59,450 bases of DNA from a virus (IMGVR_UViG_3300020045_002012:1-59450), one strand, 5' to 3'. Positions 17,336 through 27,064 are shown, numbered from the stretch's first letter. A program made the numbers and translations. Notes: generated from the letters alone by a model not told the origin.

Positions 17336-19531
17336 ATGGCCTCGGAAACTCAGAAAGTAACGGACCAGTGGCTAGCTGAGCTAGCCCGGCTGCCAGTAGT
17401 GCCAAGCGAGGGAGAGAGAGTCAAAACACCGAGTAAAGTGTGCAGCGCCCCGTCCGCTGGGCCGCTGAGTACCGAGCGCTGGGAGGCGTACGGGTTTGAC
17501 GAAGACACGCTAGCGAGTTATGAGATTACGGACATCACCGCCGAGGCAGCAGCTGGGCTAGGCTTCTCTAACTGCCATGACGGCATTTACATTAAGTACC
17601 CCCGCGCAGAAGATAGCCGTGTGCGCTGGGTGCCACAAGGGTTTGGGGCACAGACTCTAGCAGGCAAGTACGGCCAGCGGGCCGGGACCCAGCCAGCCCT
17701 GTACTACCCACCCACAGTACCGAGCGGCTGGCAAAAGAACCCGGCGATACCGATGCTCATAACAGAGGGCGAGTTTAAGGCGGTGGTAGTGGATATGGTG
17801 GTGAACTACGACCAAGTAGCCACCGTAATACCCTGCGCCGTGGGTGGCGTGTTCAGCTGGCAGAGCAAAAAGAAAGGGGTAGACCTGATACCGGACATGG
17901 CAGATATAGCGTGGTGCGGGCGGATGGTGTACTTGGCGTTTGACTCAGACATGAACACGAACCCGATGGTAGCCCTGGCACTGCAGCGTCTGACGAATCG
18001 GCTAGCTGAGGAGGGTGCAGACTGCCGAGTCTTGCAATGGCCAGATATTAGCGGCAAAGGTATTGACGACTACCTCATAGGCCAGACACTGCCACGTGAC
18101 TCATGGCTAGCACTGTTGGCGAACAGCCAGTTCTCAGGGCATGTGGCCGCGGTAATTGAGCTGAACTCGCGCTTTACATATTGCGAGATCCAACAGCAGA
18201 TTTATGACAGCCAGAATAATACCTACATCCCGCCACGCAGCTTCTCGTCCGACTTCTTTACCCGCCAGGTCAAGGTGCAAACCAGCGTCAAGAATGGAGC
18301 CCCGGTGTTTAAAGATATCCCAGTCGGGCAGTACTGGCTGGCTAGCCCACTAAGGTCCAAGTGCATAGAGCCACTGTTTGTGCCAGGGGCAGCCAAGCAC
18401 GTAATACATAACGGCAGGTCGTACTTGAACACATGGCTAGGCTGGGGGCAAGGACTAAGAGGTAAGCCCCTAGACGAGTTGAAAGGTGACGTGCAACCGT
18501 TCTATGACTTCCTCAATGCGACATTCGGCGGTGAGGACCCAGCACATGTGAGCTACCTTGTCAAGCGGCTAGCGTGGATGTTTCAGAAGCCTGAGAAGAA
18601 GCATCCCACCTGGCTGTATATGATGGGCCGTCCGCTACAGGGTAAGTCGACGCTGATTCATATTATCAGTGCCCTGATTGGTGAGAAGTATACCGCGAAC
18701 GTGGATGAGGATATTGTCAAAGGGCAGTTTGCAGAATGGCGGTCAGAGAAGTTACTAGTCACATTTGACGATAGCTCCGTCAAAGACCCACGCATTATAC
18801 GCCAGCTATTGAAGCGGCTAACTACTGAAGCACATTCCCAAGTTAACCTGAAGTACACCAAAGCGCAGACTATTGAGAACTACTTCTCGTTCATCTTCGC
18901 CACCAACTCAGTAGACGCGCTGTTAGACCATGACGACAGGCGCGCTATAGTGTTAGAGGCGGACTGTAAATGGAGCTTTGAGGCGGGTGAGTGGACGGCG
19001 TTTGATACGTGGCGCAGCCGCAAGACGAGTATGCAGGCCCTGCTCTACCATCTGATGCACGAAGTTGAGCTAGAGCCAGCATTCTATAACGAGGTACCGC
19101 CTAAGACAAAGGCGCGTGAGCTTGTTGTAGAGGTTGGTGAGTCCACATGGGATGATATTATTAACTACATGCGCGAGTCGCGGACTATTCAATGGACACT
19201 ACCGGCAACAGGCAATACCAGGTGGTGGACGACAACGATATTCACATCTGAAATGCTGCGCCAGTTTTTCGTCATGAAGCTGAACTCCCCAGAGAAGTAT
19301 CCTATTGCGTCAGCTACACTAGTTAGCAAGCTAGTACGCTACGGCGCTAGGAAGTGCGCGCCAGCGCATAGTGCCGACGCCAGGGGGCGCATGCGGATAG
19401 GCGAGCAGCAGATGACGCTATGGACCTGGGACCGAGATTGGGTTACCAAGACACGTGAGGAGTATTCCAAAGAGTATTCTAAGCTAAAGCACGACATGCC
19501 TGAATTGTTCCCGACTACCGCCAAGTACTAA
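17336..19531 (+). CDS. Primase-helicase (DUF3854-type Toprim + DUF5906/SF3-type helicase)
   Basis: LITEGEFKA, VGGVFSW, YLAFDSD, KGIDDYL (Toprim); GRPLQGKST Walker A, LVTFDD, IFATN, DDRR. Confidence 0.88.
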   Translation: MASETQKVTDQWLAELARLPVVPSEGERVKTPSKVCSAPSAGPLSTERWEAYGFDEDTLASYEITDITAEAAAGLGFSNCHDGIYIKYPRAEDSRVRWVPQGFGAQTLAGKYGQRAGTQPALYYPPTVPSGWQKNPAIPMLITEGEFKAVVVDMVVNYDQVATVIPCAVGGVFSWQSKKKGVDLIPDMADIAWCGRMVYLAFDSDMNTNPMVALALQRLTNRLAEEGADCRVLQWPDISGKGIDDYLIGQTLPRDSWLALLANSQFSGHVAAVIELNSRFTYCEIQQQIYDSQNNTYIPPRSFSSDFFTRQVKVQTSVKNGAPVFKDIPVGQYWLASPLRSKCIEPLFVPGAAKHVIHNGRSYLNTWLGWGQGLRGKPLDELKGDVQPFYDFLNATFGGEDPAHVSYLVKRLAWMFQKPEKKHPTWLYMMGRPLQGKSTLIHIISALIGEKYTANVDEDIVKGQFAEWRSEKLLVTFDDSSVKDPRIIRQLLKRLTTEAHSQVNLKYTKAQTIENYFSFIFATNSVDALLDHDDRRAIVLEADCKWSFEAGEWTAFDTWRSRKTSMQALLYHLMHEVELEPAFYNEVPPKTKARELVVEVGESTWDDIINYMRESRTIQWTLPATGNTRWWTTTIFTSEMLRQFFVMKLNSPEKYPIASATLVSKLVRYGARKCAPAHSADARGRMRIGEQQMTLWTWDRDWVTKTREEYSKEYSKLKHDMPELFPTTAKY

Positions 19532-19567
19532 CTATTTAAAACCTGGATGTGTTTAATTGCGTGATTG

Positions 19568-19596
19568 TGCTATAATATGTTTGTTCGCAGTTAAAC
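19568..19596 (+). promoter_or_regulatory. Conserved phage promoter/leader, copy 1
   Basis: TGCTATAAT (extended -10) + ATGTTTGTTCGCAGTTAAAC. Confidence 0.75.
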
Positions 19597-19612
19597 ATGT
19601 CTAGGAGATAGA

Positions 19613-19945
19613 ATGGCTAAGTATAAGTGCAGTAAATGCGGCACCACTGCGTCGTCCAAGTGCGCCCACTCACGCCACGTGTTCTGCGACTCGCGCATGG
19701 AAGGCCTGCTGTCGAACCTTCTGAAGTACGAGGTTATCCATGAAAAGGCAGAAGTAGTCACTGTGCAGCTGTCTATCAAGCGCTGGCGCGACACGGGTGA
19801 CAGCGACACCGCGCTGTTGTACGAGGCTATCCAGCTGATCCGCGAGATGTCGGATGAAGACGCTAGGGTCTATGCGTGTGGCGAGCATAACTGGGTCCTG
19901 CAAAGCGACACCTGCGAGCTGGGCTGCTGCACTAAAGGAGACTGA
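19613..19945 (+). CDS. Hypothetical Cys-rich protein
   Basis: AGGAG RBS; CxxC and several more Cys/His. Confidence 0.7.
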   Translation: MAKYKCSKCGTTASSKCAHSRHVFCDSRMEGLLSNLLKYEVIHEKAEVVTVQLSIKRWRDTGDSDTALLYEAIQLIREMSDEDARVYACGEHNWVLQSDTCELGCCTKGD

Positions 19946-19946
19946 C

Positions 19947-20387
19947 GTGAATATTTTTGTTCTCAGCTTTGACCCAGTTACCGCGGCCCGAATGCAGTGC
20001 GATAAGCATGTCGTGAAGATGGTCCTTGAGTCTACGCAGATTCTCTCCACTATCAATGGTGGACCGTACAAGCCGACGCATACCAACCACCCCTGTGTTG
20101 TGTGGGCCCGAGAACGGAGTAGCAACTACGCCTGGTTGCTGGACCATGCCAAAGCGCTGTGTACCGAGTACACGCACCGGTATGGCAGAGTGCACAAGTG
20201 CGAGGCGGTCATCAACAGCATCCCAACGCCTGAGCTGCCGGCGGGCTATACCCCGTTCGTGCAGTGCATGCCTGAAGAGTTCCGAGCAGCAGATACCACC
20301 CAGGCGTATCGCAACTATTACCTGGGTACTAAGTCCCACTTTGCTAAGTGGACCAACCGTGAAGCACCCTTTTGGTGGAATAAATAA
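19947..20387 (+). CDS. denV: Pyrimidine-dimer DNA glycosylase / endonuclease V family
   Basis: GTG start with AAGGAG RBS; MNIFVL..DP..AA...DKHVVKMVLESTQILST..YKPTHTNHPC..W..EYTHRYG..H pattern. Confidence 0.8.
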   Translation: MNIFVLSFDPVTAARMQCDKHVVKMVLESTQILSTINGGPYKPTHTNHPCVVWARERSSNYAWLLDHAKALCTEYTHRYGRVHKCEAVINSIPTPELPAGYTPFVQCMPEEFRAADTTQAYRNYYLGTKSHFAKWTNREAPFWWNK

Positions 20388-20941
20388 TGAAACTTGAAGC
20401 TTTGCAACGTCTGTTTGACGCCCAGCACCAGCTGGCTCTGAAGTTTGCGCCAAACGAGATAGCCAACGGCTACACCCCGCCGACGAGCTTTCCGATGGAT
20501 TTGAATAAGCGCGCCACGCAAGATCGCCTCCGTGCGTTTGCTTGGCATATTGTTGAAGAGATTGTGGAAGCTACGGTGTGCGGAGATGACGAGTTTCCTG
20601 ACGAGCTCAGCGATATACTGCATTTCACCATTGAGATTTGCCTGATAGCGGGAGTGCCGCCAGCACAGATTGTCCAGGTTAATGAAGTAGACATGTTCTT
20701 TGATGGGTCTAGCCCAGCGCTGTTAGATGTGATTGTGCAAGTTGGCCTAGCGCTGAACGAGTGCAAGGCTAAGCCCTGGAAACTTAGCCCCCGGCTGCCA
20801 CAAGTTGGGGTGGTACACTATCACCTCGCCAAGGCATTGTGCGTGCTACTCAGGCATATTGAGGCAGCAGGGCTATCGCCGGAAAGCATTTATTTCAAGA
20901 AGGCCAAGATCAACGAACAGCGCATTGCGGACGGCGTATGA
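20387..20941 (+). CDS. All-alpha (dimeric dUTPase/MazG-like) dNTP pyrophosphatase
   Basis: EEIVE...DELSD, KPWK, YFKKAKINEQR motifs. Confidence 0.75.
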   Translation: MKLEALQRLFDAQHQLALKFAPNEIANGYTPPTSFPMDLNKRATQDRLRAFAWHIVEEIVEATVCGDDEFPDELSDILHFTIEICLIAGVPPAQIVQVNEVDMFFDGSSPALLDVIVQVGLALNECKAKPWKLSPRLPQVGVVHYHLAKALCVLLRHIEAAGLSPESIYFKKAKINEQRIADGV

Positions 20942-20972
20942 AGATCAGCAAGGTCAAGGCGAGGATCTGTGT

Positions 20973-21161
20973 GTGCCTCGACTCTTAGTTGACCTCAAAA
21001 CGAACTGTCAAGGCGACATCGCGGGCAGGATCGACATGCCGGCGGATAGCCCGTTCGTGCTTGAGGCGCTCGCCCTGGTGGTCGAGCAATTTAGTGTCTC
21101 GTGCGGGGTTCCCGCACCGGAAATTTTGAAGGATATTGGAGGGTTGGTGAAATGGATCTAG
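20973..21161 (+). CDS. Hypothetical protein
   Basis: GTG with GAGGA upstream inside ORF 20805-21161; fills the gap in the operon. Confidence 0.45.
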   Translation: MPRLLVDLKTNCQGDIAGRIDMPADSPFVLEALALVVEQFSVSCGVPAPEILKDIGGLVKWI

Positions 21162-22417
21162 GCACAACAGAAGAGTACGAGATATGGAGAATGACAACCG
21201 AGAATTATGCAATTCGGATGGAAACCAGTACCGGCACACTTGAGGCAGCATTAAGGCATGTTGCGGAGTCTGAAAACTCTCCCATCTTGGAAATAGTGCG
21301 AGTAACTACGATCAGGGCGCGGATAGGGGGGCGCATGGCTGTCAGCGCCATCGAGGCCGAAGTCAGCTTGGAGGCGCGCCCCGTAGGGCACCTGTCAGAT
21401 ATTTACGAGAACCTGCTGAGTCAACGGATGGCGCAGCTGCCAGCACCGTGCCCGAAGTGCACTGAGAATGTAGCGTTTAGGCTACTTGCTGTTGAACATG
21501 CCAACGTAACTGCGAACGAAGCTATACAGTATCAAAAAAGCATTCGGGATCTGCAAGCCAAGATAGTTGAGCAGAGCGTGGAGATTGAGCGGCTGAAAAC
21601 AGTCCCGATGAAGTATCGTCGCATGGCGTTCAATGCGCAATTGCAAGAGGAGAATACACAGCAGGCCGCGCTGATCGAGCGATGTGAGAAAGACGTGGCG
21701 CGCATCAATTGGCTTGAGACGTTATTCGTTAAATCGTGGAATGGTGCGATTGACAGCGGGAGCGTGACGTATTGGAGACTTGCTGACGACTTCCGGCACA
21801 GACTCCAGAACATGAATGGAGAGACGTTCCGAGACGCTATAGATGCAGCCGACGCCATAGAGAGGCTGCAATCTTGTGGAGCACAGAACGCGATCCACGC
21901 TCCACAAGAGGATTTGCAGAGCGCAGAGACTACGCAAGCGGATGCACCTATCATCGACAATCCAGAAGAAACTGTTAAGTGGATTCGTTGGTTTTTATCC
22001 AACGTATCTGACAGAGCGGATTTTAGGTGGATGGCAATGTCAGATGCAGCCGACGCCATAGAGAGGCTGCAAGCCAAGATCGTTGACCTTGAGCAACACA
22101 GGGATGAGTTCCTACGCAACAACGATGCGTTGTGGAAAGCTGCTGAGTCGGAAGCGACCAAGTATCGAGCCAGGATCGCCGAGCTTGAATCGTTCCTTAC
22201 ATTAGTGGCTGACACATGCGAGACCGCTGAAAGGCGTGTGATTGAGCAGAACGCGCTGATCGAGCGATGTGAGAAAGACGTGGCGCGGTATAAGTACGTG
22301 CGACGGCTGAATGTGCCGATGTTCAAAGACTTGGTCGTCGCCAGCCGGTCCGGGGAGATTCCGTTTGACAGCCTGGTTGACGCAGCTATCGCAAAGGGCG
22401 CGCATCGTAGAGCTTGA
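21152..22417 (+). CDS. Mosaic coiled-coil protein built from repeated modules (Ead/Ea22-like architecture)
   Basis: ATG with GGAGG RBS; DAADAIERLQ x2, ALIERCEKDVAR x2. Confidence 0.65.
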   Translation: MDLGTTEEYEIWRMTTENYAIRMETSTGTLEAALRHVAESENSPILEIVRVTTIRARIGGRMAVSAIEAEVSLEARPVGHLSDIYENLLSQRMAQLPAPCPKCTENVAFRLLAVEHANVTANEAIQYQKSIRDLQAKIVEQSVEIERLKTVPMKYRRMAFNAQLQEENTQQAALIERCEKDVARINWLETLFVKSWNGAIDSGSVTYWRLADDFRHRLQNMNGETFRDAIDAADAIERLQSCGAQNAIHAPQEDLQSAETTQADAPIIDNPEETVKWIRWFLSNVSDRADFRWMAMSDAADAIERLQAKIVDLEQHRDEFLRNNDALWKAAESEATKYRARIAELESFLTLVADTCETAERRVIEQNALIERCEKDVARYKYVRRLNVPMFKDLVVASRSGEIPFDSLVDAAIAKGAHRRA

Positions 22418-22549
22418 AAAGGAAGTTGAGCGGCTTAAAACAGTGCCGATTAAATACCGTCGCATGGCCTTCAACGCGCGACTACAGGATGAGAATGCAG
22501 CGCTAAGCGTACAAGCGCAAATAATTTACGTATAGGCGCATAATTACGA

Positions 22550-22575
22550 TATAATGTATTTGTTCGCAGTTAAAC
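22550..22575 (+). promoter_or_regulatory. Conserved phage promoter/leader, copy 2
   Basis: TATAATGTATTTGTTCGCAGTTAAAC. Confidence 0.75.
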
Positions 22576-22590
22576 TAAAGGAGAATCAAA

Positions 22591-22983
22591 ATGGAAAACA
22601 CGGAGTGCGTAGTCAGTATCACCGCGGATACGGCAAGCCAACTGTACAGCCCACGTGAAGATTACCTCGCAAAAGAGGTAGCTAGGTTAACTACCATGAA
22701 CGCAATGCTGGCTGCTGAAGTGGAAAAGCTGATCGTAGCCGCTAATCACCAGTCAATTGAGTCGCTGCTTATTCAGGCTCTGGCCAACAAGGTCCCGCAA
22801 GCTATTGAGGCCGAGATTGATAAGCAGTTCAATGACTTCTTCAGGGCTGAAATTGAGAGGCAAGTTGAACAAGCGATCTCTGAGCAGCTTGAAACCGTGT
22901 CAGTTGACTGCGAGAAAACTGTTGAGGAAGCCATAGCGCAGACCCTCGAGCGCGTCCGTATTGAGTTCGGCTATCACCGTTGA
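22591..22983 (+). CDS. Hypothetical acidic helical protein
   Basis: AAGGAG RBS directly after promoter copy 2. Confidence 0.75.
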   Translation: MENTECVVSITADTASQLYSPREDYLAKEVARLTTMNAMLAAEVEKLIVAANHQSIESLLIQALANKVPQAIEAEIDKQFNDFFRAEIERQVEQAISEQLETVSVDCEKTVEEAIAQTLERVRIEFGYHR

Positions 22984-23342
22984 TGGACAACGGACTGCAG
23001 ACCAGGCACAACCCGCTGTCGCTAGCGGGTATGCTGATGGCACCGGTAACTGGCTTAGAACTAAGGGCTAAGCCACGTAGTGCTGGCCAACAGGCCCACC
23101 TTGAAGCTAACCACAAACGCCAGTTCGATAAGGCAGTAGCCAAGTACCGAGCACTGTTCTATGGCCGTGGCTGGGTTCAGACTAAGCAAGTCGAATGGCT
23201 GGCTGGCACTTCCGTCACGGGCTCAAATGCCTTTCTGCGTAAGCTGAAGGCTCTGGGATATATCACAAATCGTCCAACCGGAGGTACTGATAAATACTTC
23301 AAGAGCAAAGGCTGGGATTGGAGGTGGGTTGATGGCAAGTAA
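22980..23342 (+). CDS. Hypothetical, possible winged-HTH protein
   Basis: Coupled ORF; helix pattern ending FLRKLKALGYI followed by a beta-wing. Confidence 0.5.
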   Translation: MMDNGLQTRHNPLSLAGMLMAPVTGLELRAKPRSAGQQAHLEANHKRQFDKAVAKYRALFYGRGWVQTKQVEWLAGTSVTGSNAFLRKLKALGYITNRPTGGTDKYFKSKGWDWRWVDGK

Positions 23343-23562
23343 CTTGCACGTGCTGCATAAGTCTGCCAAGCCTAAGCTGCAGTTGAAGCCTAAAGGCATG
23401 TCGTACGCCTCAATGCCTGCTGAAGCTCGCGATGCGGTTGGTGAGCTTGTGCTTGGGGTATTCACTGACATGTCAAACGCAGGCGCGTCGCTGCAGGCAA
23501 CTTTGACAGCTATATATCTAACTGGCATGGAGAACGCCATGTCAATAACCAAGGAGCACTAA
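23329..23562 (+). CDS. Hypothetical protein
   Basis: GGAGG RBS; coupled to both neighbours. Confidence 0.6.
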   Translation: MMASNLHVLHKSAKPKLQLKPKGMSYASMPAEARDAVGELVLGVFTDMSNAGASLQATLTAIYLTGMENAMSITKEH

Positions 23563-24240
23563 ATGGAAGCAATAGTATTTGACACAGAAACGACTGGTGT
23601 TGGCGATAAAGACCGCATTGTCGAGGCTGCGTACCTGGAACTTAATGCTAAGTTCGGAGTGATCGGTGAGTTCAACCAGCGGTACAACCCGCAGATGCCA
23701 ATCGGCATCGGGGCAATGGCCACGCACCACATTGTTGATGAAGACCTCGTTGACTGCCCGCCGTACTCTGACTTCGTGCTCCCGGATACTGAGTACGTGA
23801 TCGGGCATAACGTGGACTTTGACATGCGGTTGATTGGCCACGAAGATAACGAAGACGTCAAGCGGATCTGCACACTGGCTATTGCGCGCCGCTGGCTGCC
23901 GGACGTTGGATCGCATAGCCAGACGGCATTGATGTACTACTTCATGGGCCCGGTGGCCAGGGGCTTAGTACAGGGCGCGCACTCAGCCCTAGTTGATGTC
24001 AAGAATTGTAACATGCTATTGGGCTATCTCCAAAATGTGATGGATCAGGGCGGCGTGCCCACCGGCACCCTTGAGCAGTTGTGGGCTGAGTCGGAGAGGT
24101 GCCGCATTCCTACCCACATGTCGTTCGGCAAGCACAATACCGAGACCATCACGTCATTGCCCTGGTCGTACAAAAACTGGCTATTGGCGCAGGACTGGAC
24201 TGACAAGTATTTGCGCATTGCTGTGACTGCGAGCATGTAA
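23563..24240 (+). CDS. DnaQ/DEDDh 3'-5' exonuclease (ExoX-like)
   Basis: FDTETTG, GHNVDFD, AHSALVD, C-terminal MSFGKH. Confidence 0.92.
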   Translation: MEAIVFDTETTGVGDKDRIVEAAYLELNAKFGVIGEFNQRYNPQMPIGIGAMATHHIVDEDLVDCPPYSDFVLPDTEYVIGHNVDFDMRLIGHEDNEDVKRICTLAIARRWLPDVGSHSQTALMYYFMGPVARGLVQGAHSALVDVKNCNMLLGYLQNVMDQGGVPTGTLEQLWAESERCRIPTHMSFGKHNTETITSLPWSYKNWLLAQDWTDKYLRIAVTASM

Positions 24241-24422
24241 TGAGCAAGCTCAAACGCACGCAAGTCGCGCGTAACGCGATGAATTTAGACGAGCAAGCTG
24301 ATATGCGAGCCGACGAAACAAACGCGATACGCGAGCTTTCCGCCAAGCTCGAAGCCAGAGGTTACGACCTCAACGAGCTTGAGCAGGACTCGCCTTACCA
24401 TTTTACTTTGGAGGATATGTAA
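24240..24422 (+). CDS. Hypothetical protein
   Basis: TAATG coupling at both ends. Confidence 0.6.
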   Translation: MSKLKRTQVARNAMNLDEQADMRADETNAIRELSAKLEARGYDLNELEQDSPYHFTLEDM

Positions 24423-24724
24423 TGATCTACGCCGCAGACAGGCCAGACCCCCGCGCGCCTATCAACCCGAGGACCGGGCAGCTGGAGGGTGAGATCCCCG
24501 CCGTGCCGCAAATTCCGCTGTTCTATATCACTTACGGCATTGGCACGGACATGCGAGGCAAGTACTCCGTGGTCCAAGCTGCCTCGGAAGACGCGGCGCG
24601 CGAGGTGGTGCAGCGGTTCATTGGCAAGTCGTACGCGTTCATTTATCCGAGCGAAGACTTTGACCGCACAATTGCCAAGTGGAATCTGGTACAGGCACCG
24701 CTCACCGCCGCTAAGCCGGTATAG
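24422..24724 (+). CDS. Hypothetical protein
   Basis: GGAGG RBS; coupled; FYITYG...YAFIY pattern seen in small phage proteins. Confidence 0.65.
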   Translation: MIYAADRPDPRAPINPRTGQLEGEIPAVPQIPLFYITYGIGTDMRGKYSVVQAASEDAAREVVQRFIGKSYAFIYPSEDFDRTIAKWNLVQAPLTAAKPV

Positions 24725-24813
24725 CCCTCAACGCCGCCCCGCCGATCAACTTATCTATACAAGGAGATCTTCAGCGGGAACTGAAGGGGCGGCACCCCCT
24801 TAAGGATGACATC

Positions 24814-24966
24814 ATGCTTTGGTTCAATCGCATTATGCTGTGGCTTGCTGAGTTTGAATACTCAATCACCCCCGTGACCTCCCCCTACCGGCACGGGCTT
24901 AAGCGCGACGTGCATGCCTGGGCCCGCCGAGTGCAAGATAGCAAGATTAAGACCGGGGCCTACTAA
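24814..24966 (+). CDS. 50-aa hypothetical protein (not in ORF track)
   Basis: TAAGGA RBS; stop overlaps the dCMP deaminase ATG (TAATG). Confidence 0.5.
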   Translation: MLWFNRIMLWLAEFEYSITPVTSPYRHGLKRDVHAWARRVQDSKIKTGAY

Positions 24967-25403
24967 TGACACCGCTTGACTTCCTTGAGGTGGCAGAGGC
25001 AATAGCCGCCAAGTCTAAGAACCCAAAACGTAAAATCGGGGCCGTGATATTGAGCCCTGCCCTTGCCATTGTGGCGACTGGTTGGAACGGCGTGGCCAGA
25101 GGCGTGTCTGACACCGCCCCGCGCTATGCACAGCCACTCAAAGAGTACTACATGGTACACGCGGAAGCTAACGCCATCTACAATGCGGCCCGAGCCGGCG
25201 CCAAGACAGCGGGCTGCATCATGCTGGTCACAGGCCTGATGCCCTGCGCACAGTGCGCTAACGCTATTGTCCAAGCCGGTATCACTACTGTGTACTACCC
25301 AGAGACCAGGCGCCTAGAGCAGAAATGGTCGGAGAACTTCGCCCACAGTCTGATTATCCTGACTGAAGCAGGTGTCTGCATTGAGACGTATATGGATAGC
25401 TAG
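24966..25403 (+). CDS. dCMP deaminase
   Basis: IGAVI, TGWNG, HAEANAI, PCAQC zinc motifs. Confidence 0.92.
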   Translation: MTPLDFLEVAEAIAAKSKNPKRKIGAVILSPALAIVATGWNGVARGVSDTAPRYAQPLKEYYMVHAEANAIYNAARAGAKTAGCIMLVTGLMPCAQCANAIVQAGITTVYYPETRRLEQKWSENFAHSLIILTEAGVCIETYMDS

Positions 25404-25446
25404 CGGCAGACAGAAAAATAGTTTATGTATGGGTGTGAAACTGCGT

Positions 25447-25472
25447 TATAATGTATTTGTTCGCAGTTAAAC
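25447..25472 (+). promoter_or_regulatory. Conserved phage promoter/leader, copy 3
   Basis: TATAATGTATTTGTTCGCAGTTAAAC, identical to copy 2. Confidence 0.75.
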
Positions 25473-25496
25473 AGTTTCACAAAAAGGAGAGCCATT

Positions 25497-26483
25497 ATGT
25501 CCCACGAGATATACACAAACGCAGTAGGCAAGGCCAGTATGGCGTACGTCGGAGACGAACCCTGGCACGGGCTTGGGCAGAAACTGTCGCCGAGCATGCC
25601 GCTCGAAACCTGGGCCCACGAGGCTGGTCTTGACTTCTACATCAACGAGTCGCCGGTTAGCTTCGAGCTGCCCGATCACCCTGGCTCAATTGCGAGCGAC
25701 TCGAAAATCTACGGCAGTATGCCAATGCGCAAAGTGCTGTACCGCAATGACACTGGCGCAGCGCTCTCAGTTGTTGGTTCTAAGTACCGTGTTGTGCAGC
25801 CGCTTGAAGTTCTTGAGTTCTTCCGCAATTTGACCACAGAGCATGGCTGGCAGCTTGAGACGGCTGGGGTATTGTTTCAAGGTGCCAAGTACTGGGCGCT
25901 GGCTAAGACAGGCCAGGAAGTTCGTATTATGGGCCAGGACCTGCTGCAGGACTACGTGTTGCTTGCCACCAGCTGTGACGGCACCTTAAGAACTGTAGCC
26001 AAGCGGACATCAGTTCGTGTAGTCTGCAATAACACCCTGTCGTATGCAGCGCCTGGCGAAGGTATCCGAGTCAGCCATGCGTCCACATTCAATGCTGACG
26101 CGGTTAAGTCTGAGCTAGGCTTGACAGACAGCTGGTCTGCATTTTCTGACCAAGCCATTGCTCTTGCTGAGCGTAAAGTTTCAAACAAGGAGGCGGTGCA
26201 GTACGTAGTGCGGCTATTTGGCGATGTCAGCAAGCCAGTAGCCGAGCAGCCTGCCATCAAGACCATCAGCAAGGTGCTGCAGCTATTTGACGGGCTAGGC
26301 CGCGGCTCTGACTTGGTGTCAGCGAAGAGCACTGCGTTCGGCTTGGTCAATGCGGTGACCGAGTATTTGGATTACCACAAAGGCCTTGACCAGTCACGCC
26401 GGCTTGATAGCAGCTGGTTCGGCGCTGGGGACAACCTGAAGCAGGAAGCATTCAACGTAGCTCTCGAGCTGCTTGCAGCTTAA
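25497..26483 (+). CDS. DUF932 family protein
   Basis: PWHGLG, YRVVQP, LETAG, ATSCDG, TSVRVVCNNTL, GLVNAVTEYLD motifs. Confidence 0.88.
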   Translation: MSHEIYTNAVGKASMAYVGDEPWHGLGQKLSPSMPLETWAHEAGLDFYINESPVSFELPDHPGSIASDSKIYGSMPMRKVLYRNDTGAALSVVGSKYRVVQPLEVLEFFRNLTTEHGWQLETAGVLFQGAKYWALAKTGQEVRIMGQDLLQDYVLLATSCDGTLRTVAKRTSVRVVCNNTLSYAAPGEGIRVSHASTFNADAVKSELGLTDSWSAFSDQAIALAERKVSNKEAVQYVVRLFGDVSKPVAEQPAIKTISKVLQLFDGLGRGSDLVSAKSTAFGLVNAVTEYLDYHKGLDQSRRLDSSWFGAGDNLKQEAFNVALELLAA

Positions 26484-26531
26484 TTAACCCGCAGGCAGCT
26501 TCGGTGTAAGCCCTGCTTTTCGGAGAACAAG

Positions 26532-26984
26532 ATGGCGTATCCTGATTATGAAGAAGAAGAAGACTACGATGACGTCTATGGCGTAGGCGAGTTGGAGGCG
26601 GTGCCAATTGAGTTTCCTGACGACCTTGGGGTATGCATCGACAAGCTGTACATCCTCCGGTCCCAGCGCCTGGTGCTGTCCAAAGAAGTAGCTGAGCGCA
26701 AGCGCACCGAGGCAGCGTACCGCAGTCACATCATTACCAAGCTCCGTGACATTAAGCTGGACGGTGGCCGAGGCGCTGCCGCGTCCGCATCTATTACTGA
26801 GAAGGTCGAGCCGACACCGAAAGACTGGCCCACCATCTGGGCGTACATTGCTGAACACGACGCCTTTGACATGCTAGCCAAGAAGCTGTCGGGCAAGGCA
26901 ATCAAAGAGCGGTGGGACCAAGGCGAGGAGGTGCCGGGAATCGAGCGCTTCACCAAGATTGACCTGTCGCTGAAGAAACGCTGA
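26532..26984 (+). CDS. Conserved hypothetical replication-module protein
   Basis: GGAG RBS; coiled coil then DWP..W.YI...GEEVPGI motif. Confidence 0.65.
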   Translation: MAYPDYEEEEDYDDVYGVGELEAVPIEFPDDLGVCIDKLYILRSQRLVLSKEVAERKRTEAAYRSHIITKLRDIKLDGGRGAAASASITEKVEPTPKDWPTIWAYIAEHDAFDMLAKKLSGKAIKERWDQGEEVPGIERFTKIDLSLKKR

Positions 26985-27064
26985 TTATTTTTGTGCAATG
27001 ACGTGTAATTGTGCTATAATTAAACCTGATCGTGACTGTACGATTTAACTTAGGAGATTCAAAA

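Noticed and set aside
22390-22400. Programmed -1 frameshift at A AAG GGC
   Set aside because: The downstream homologous module is in the +1 frame, so a -1 slip would not reach it.
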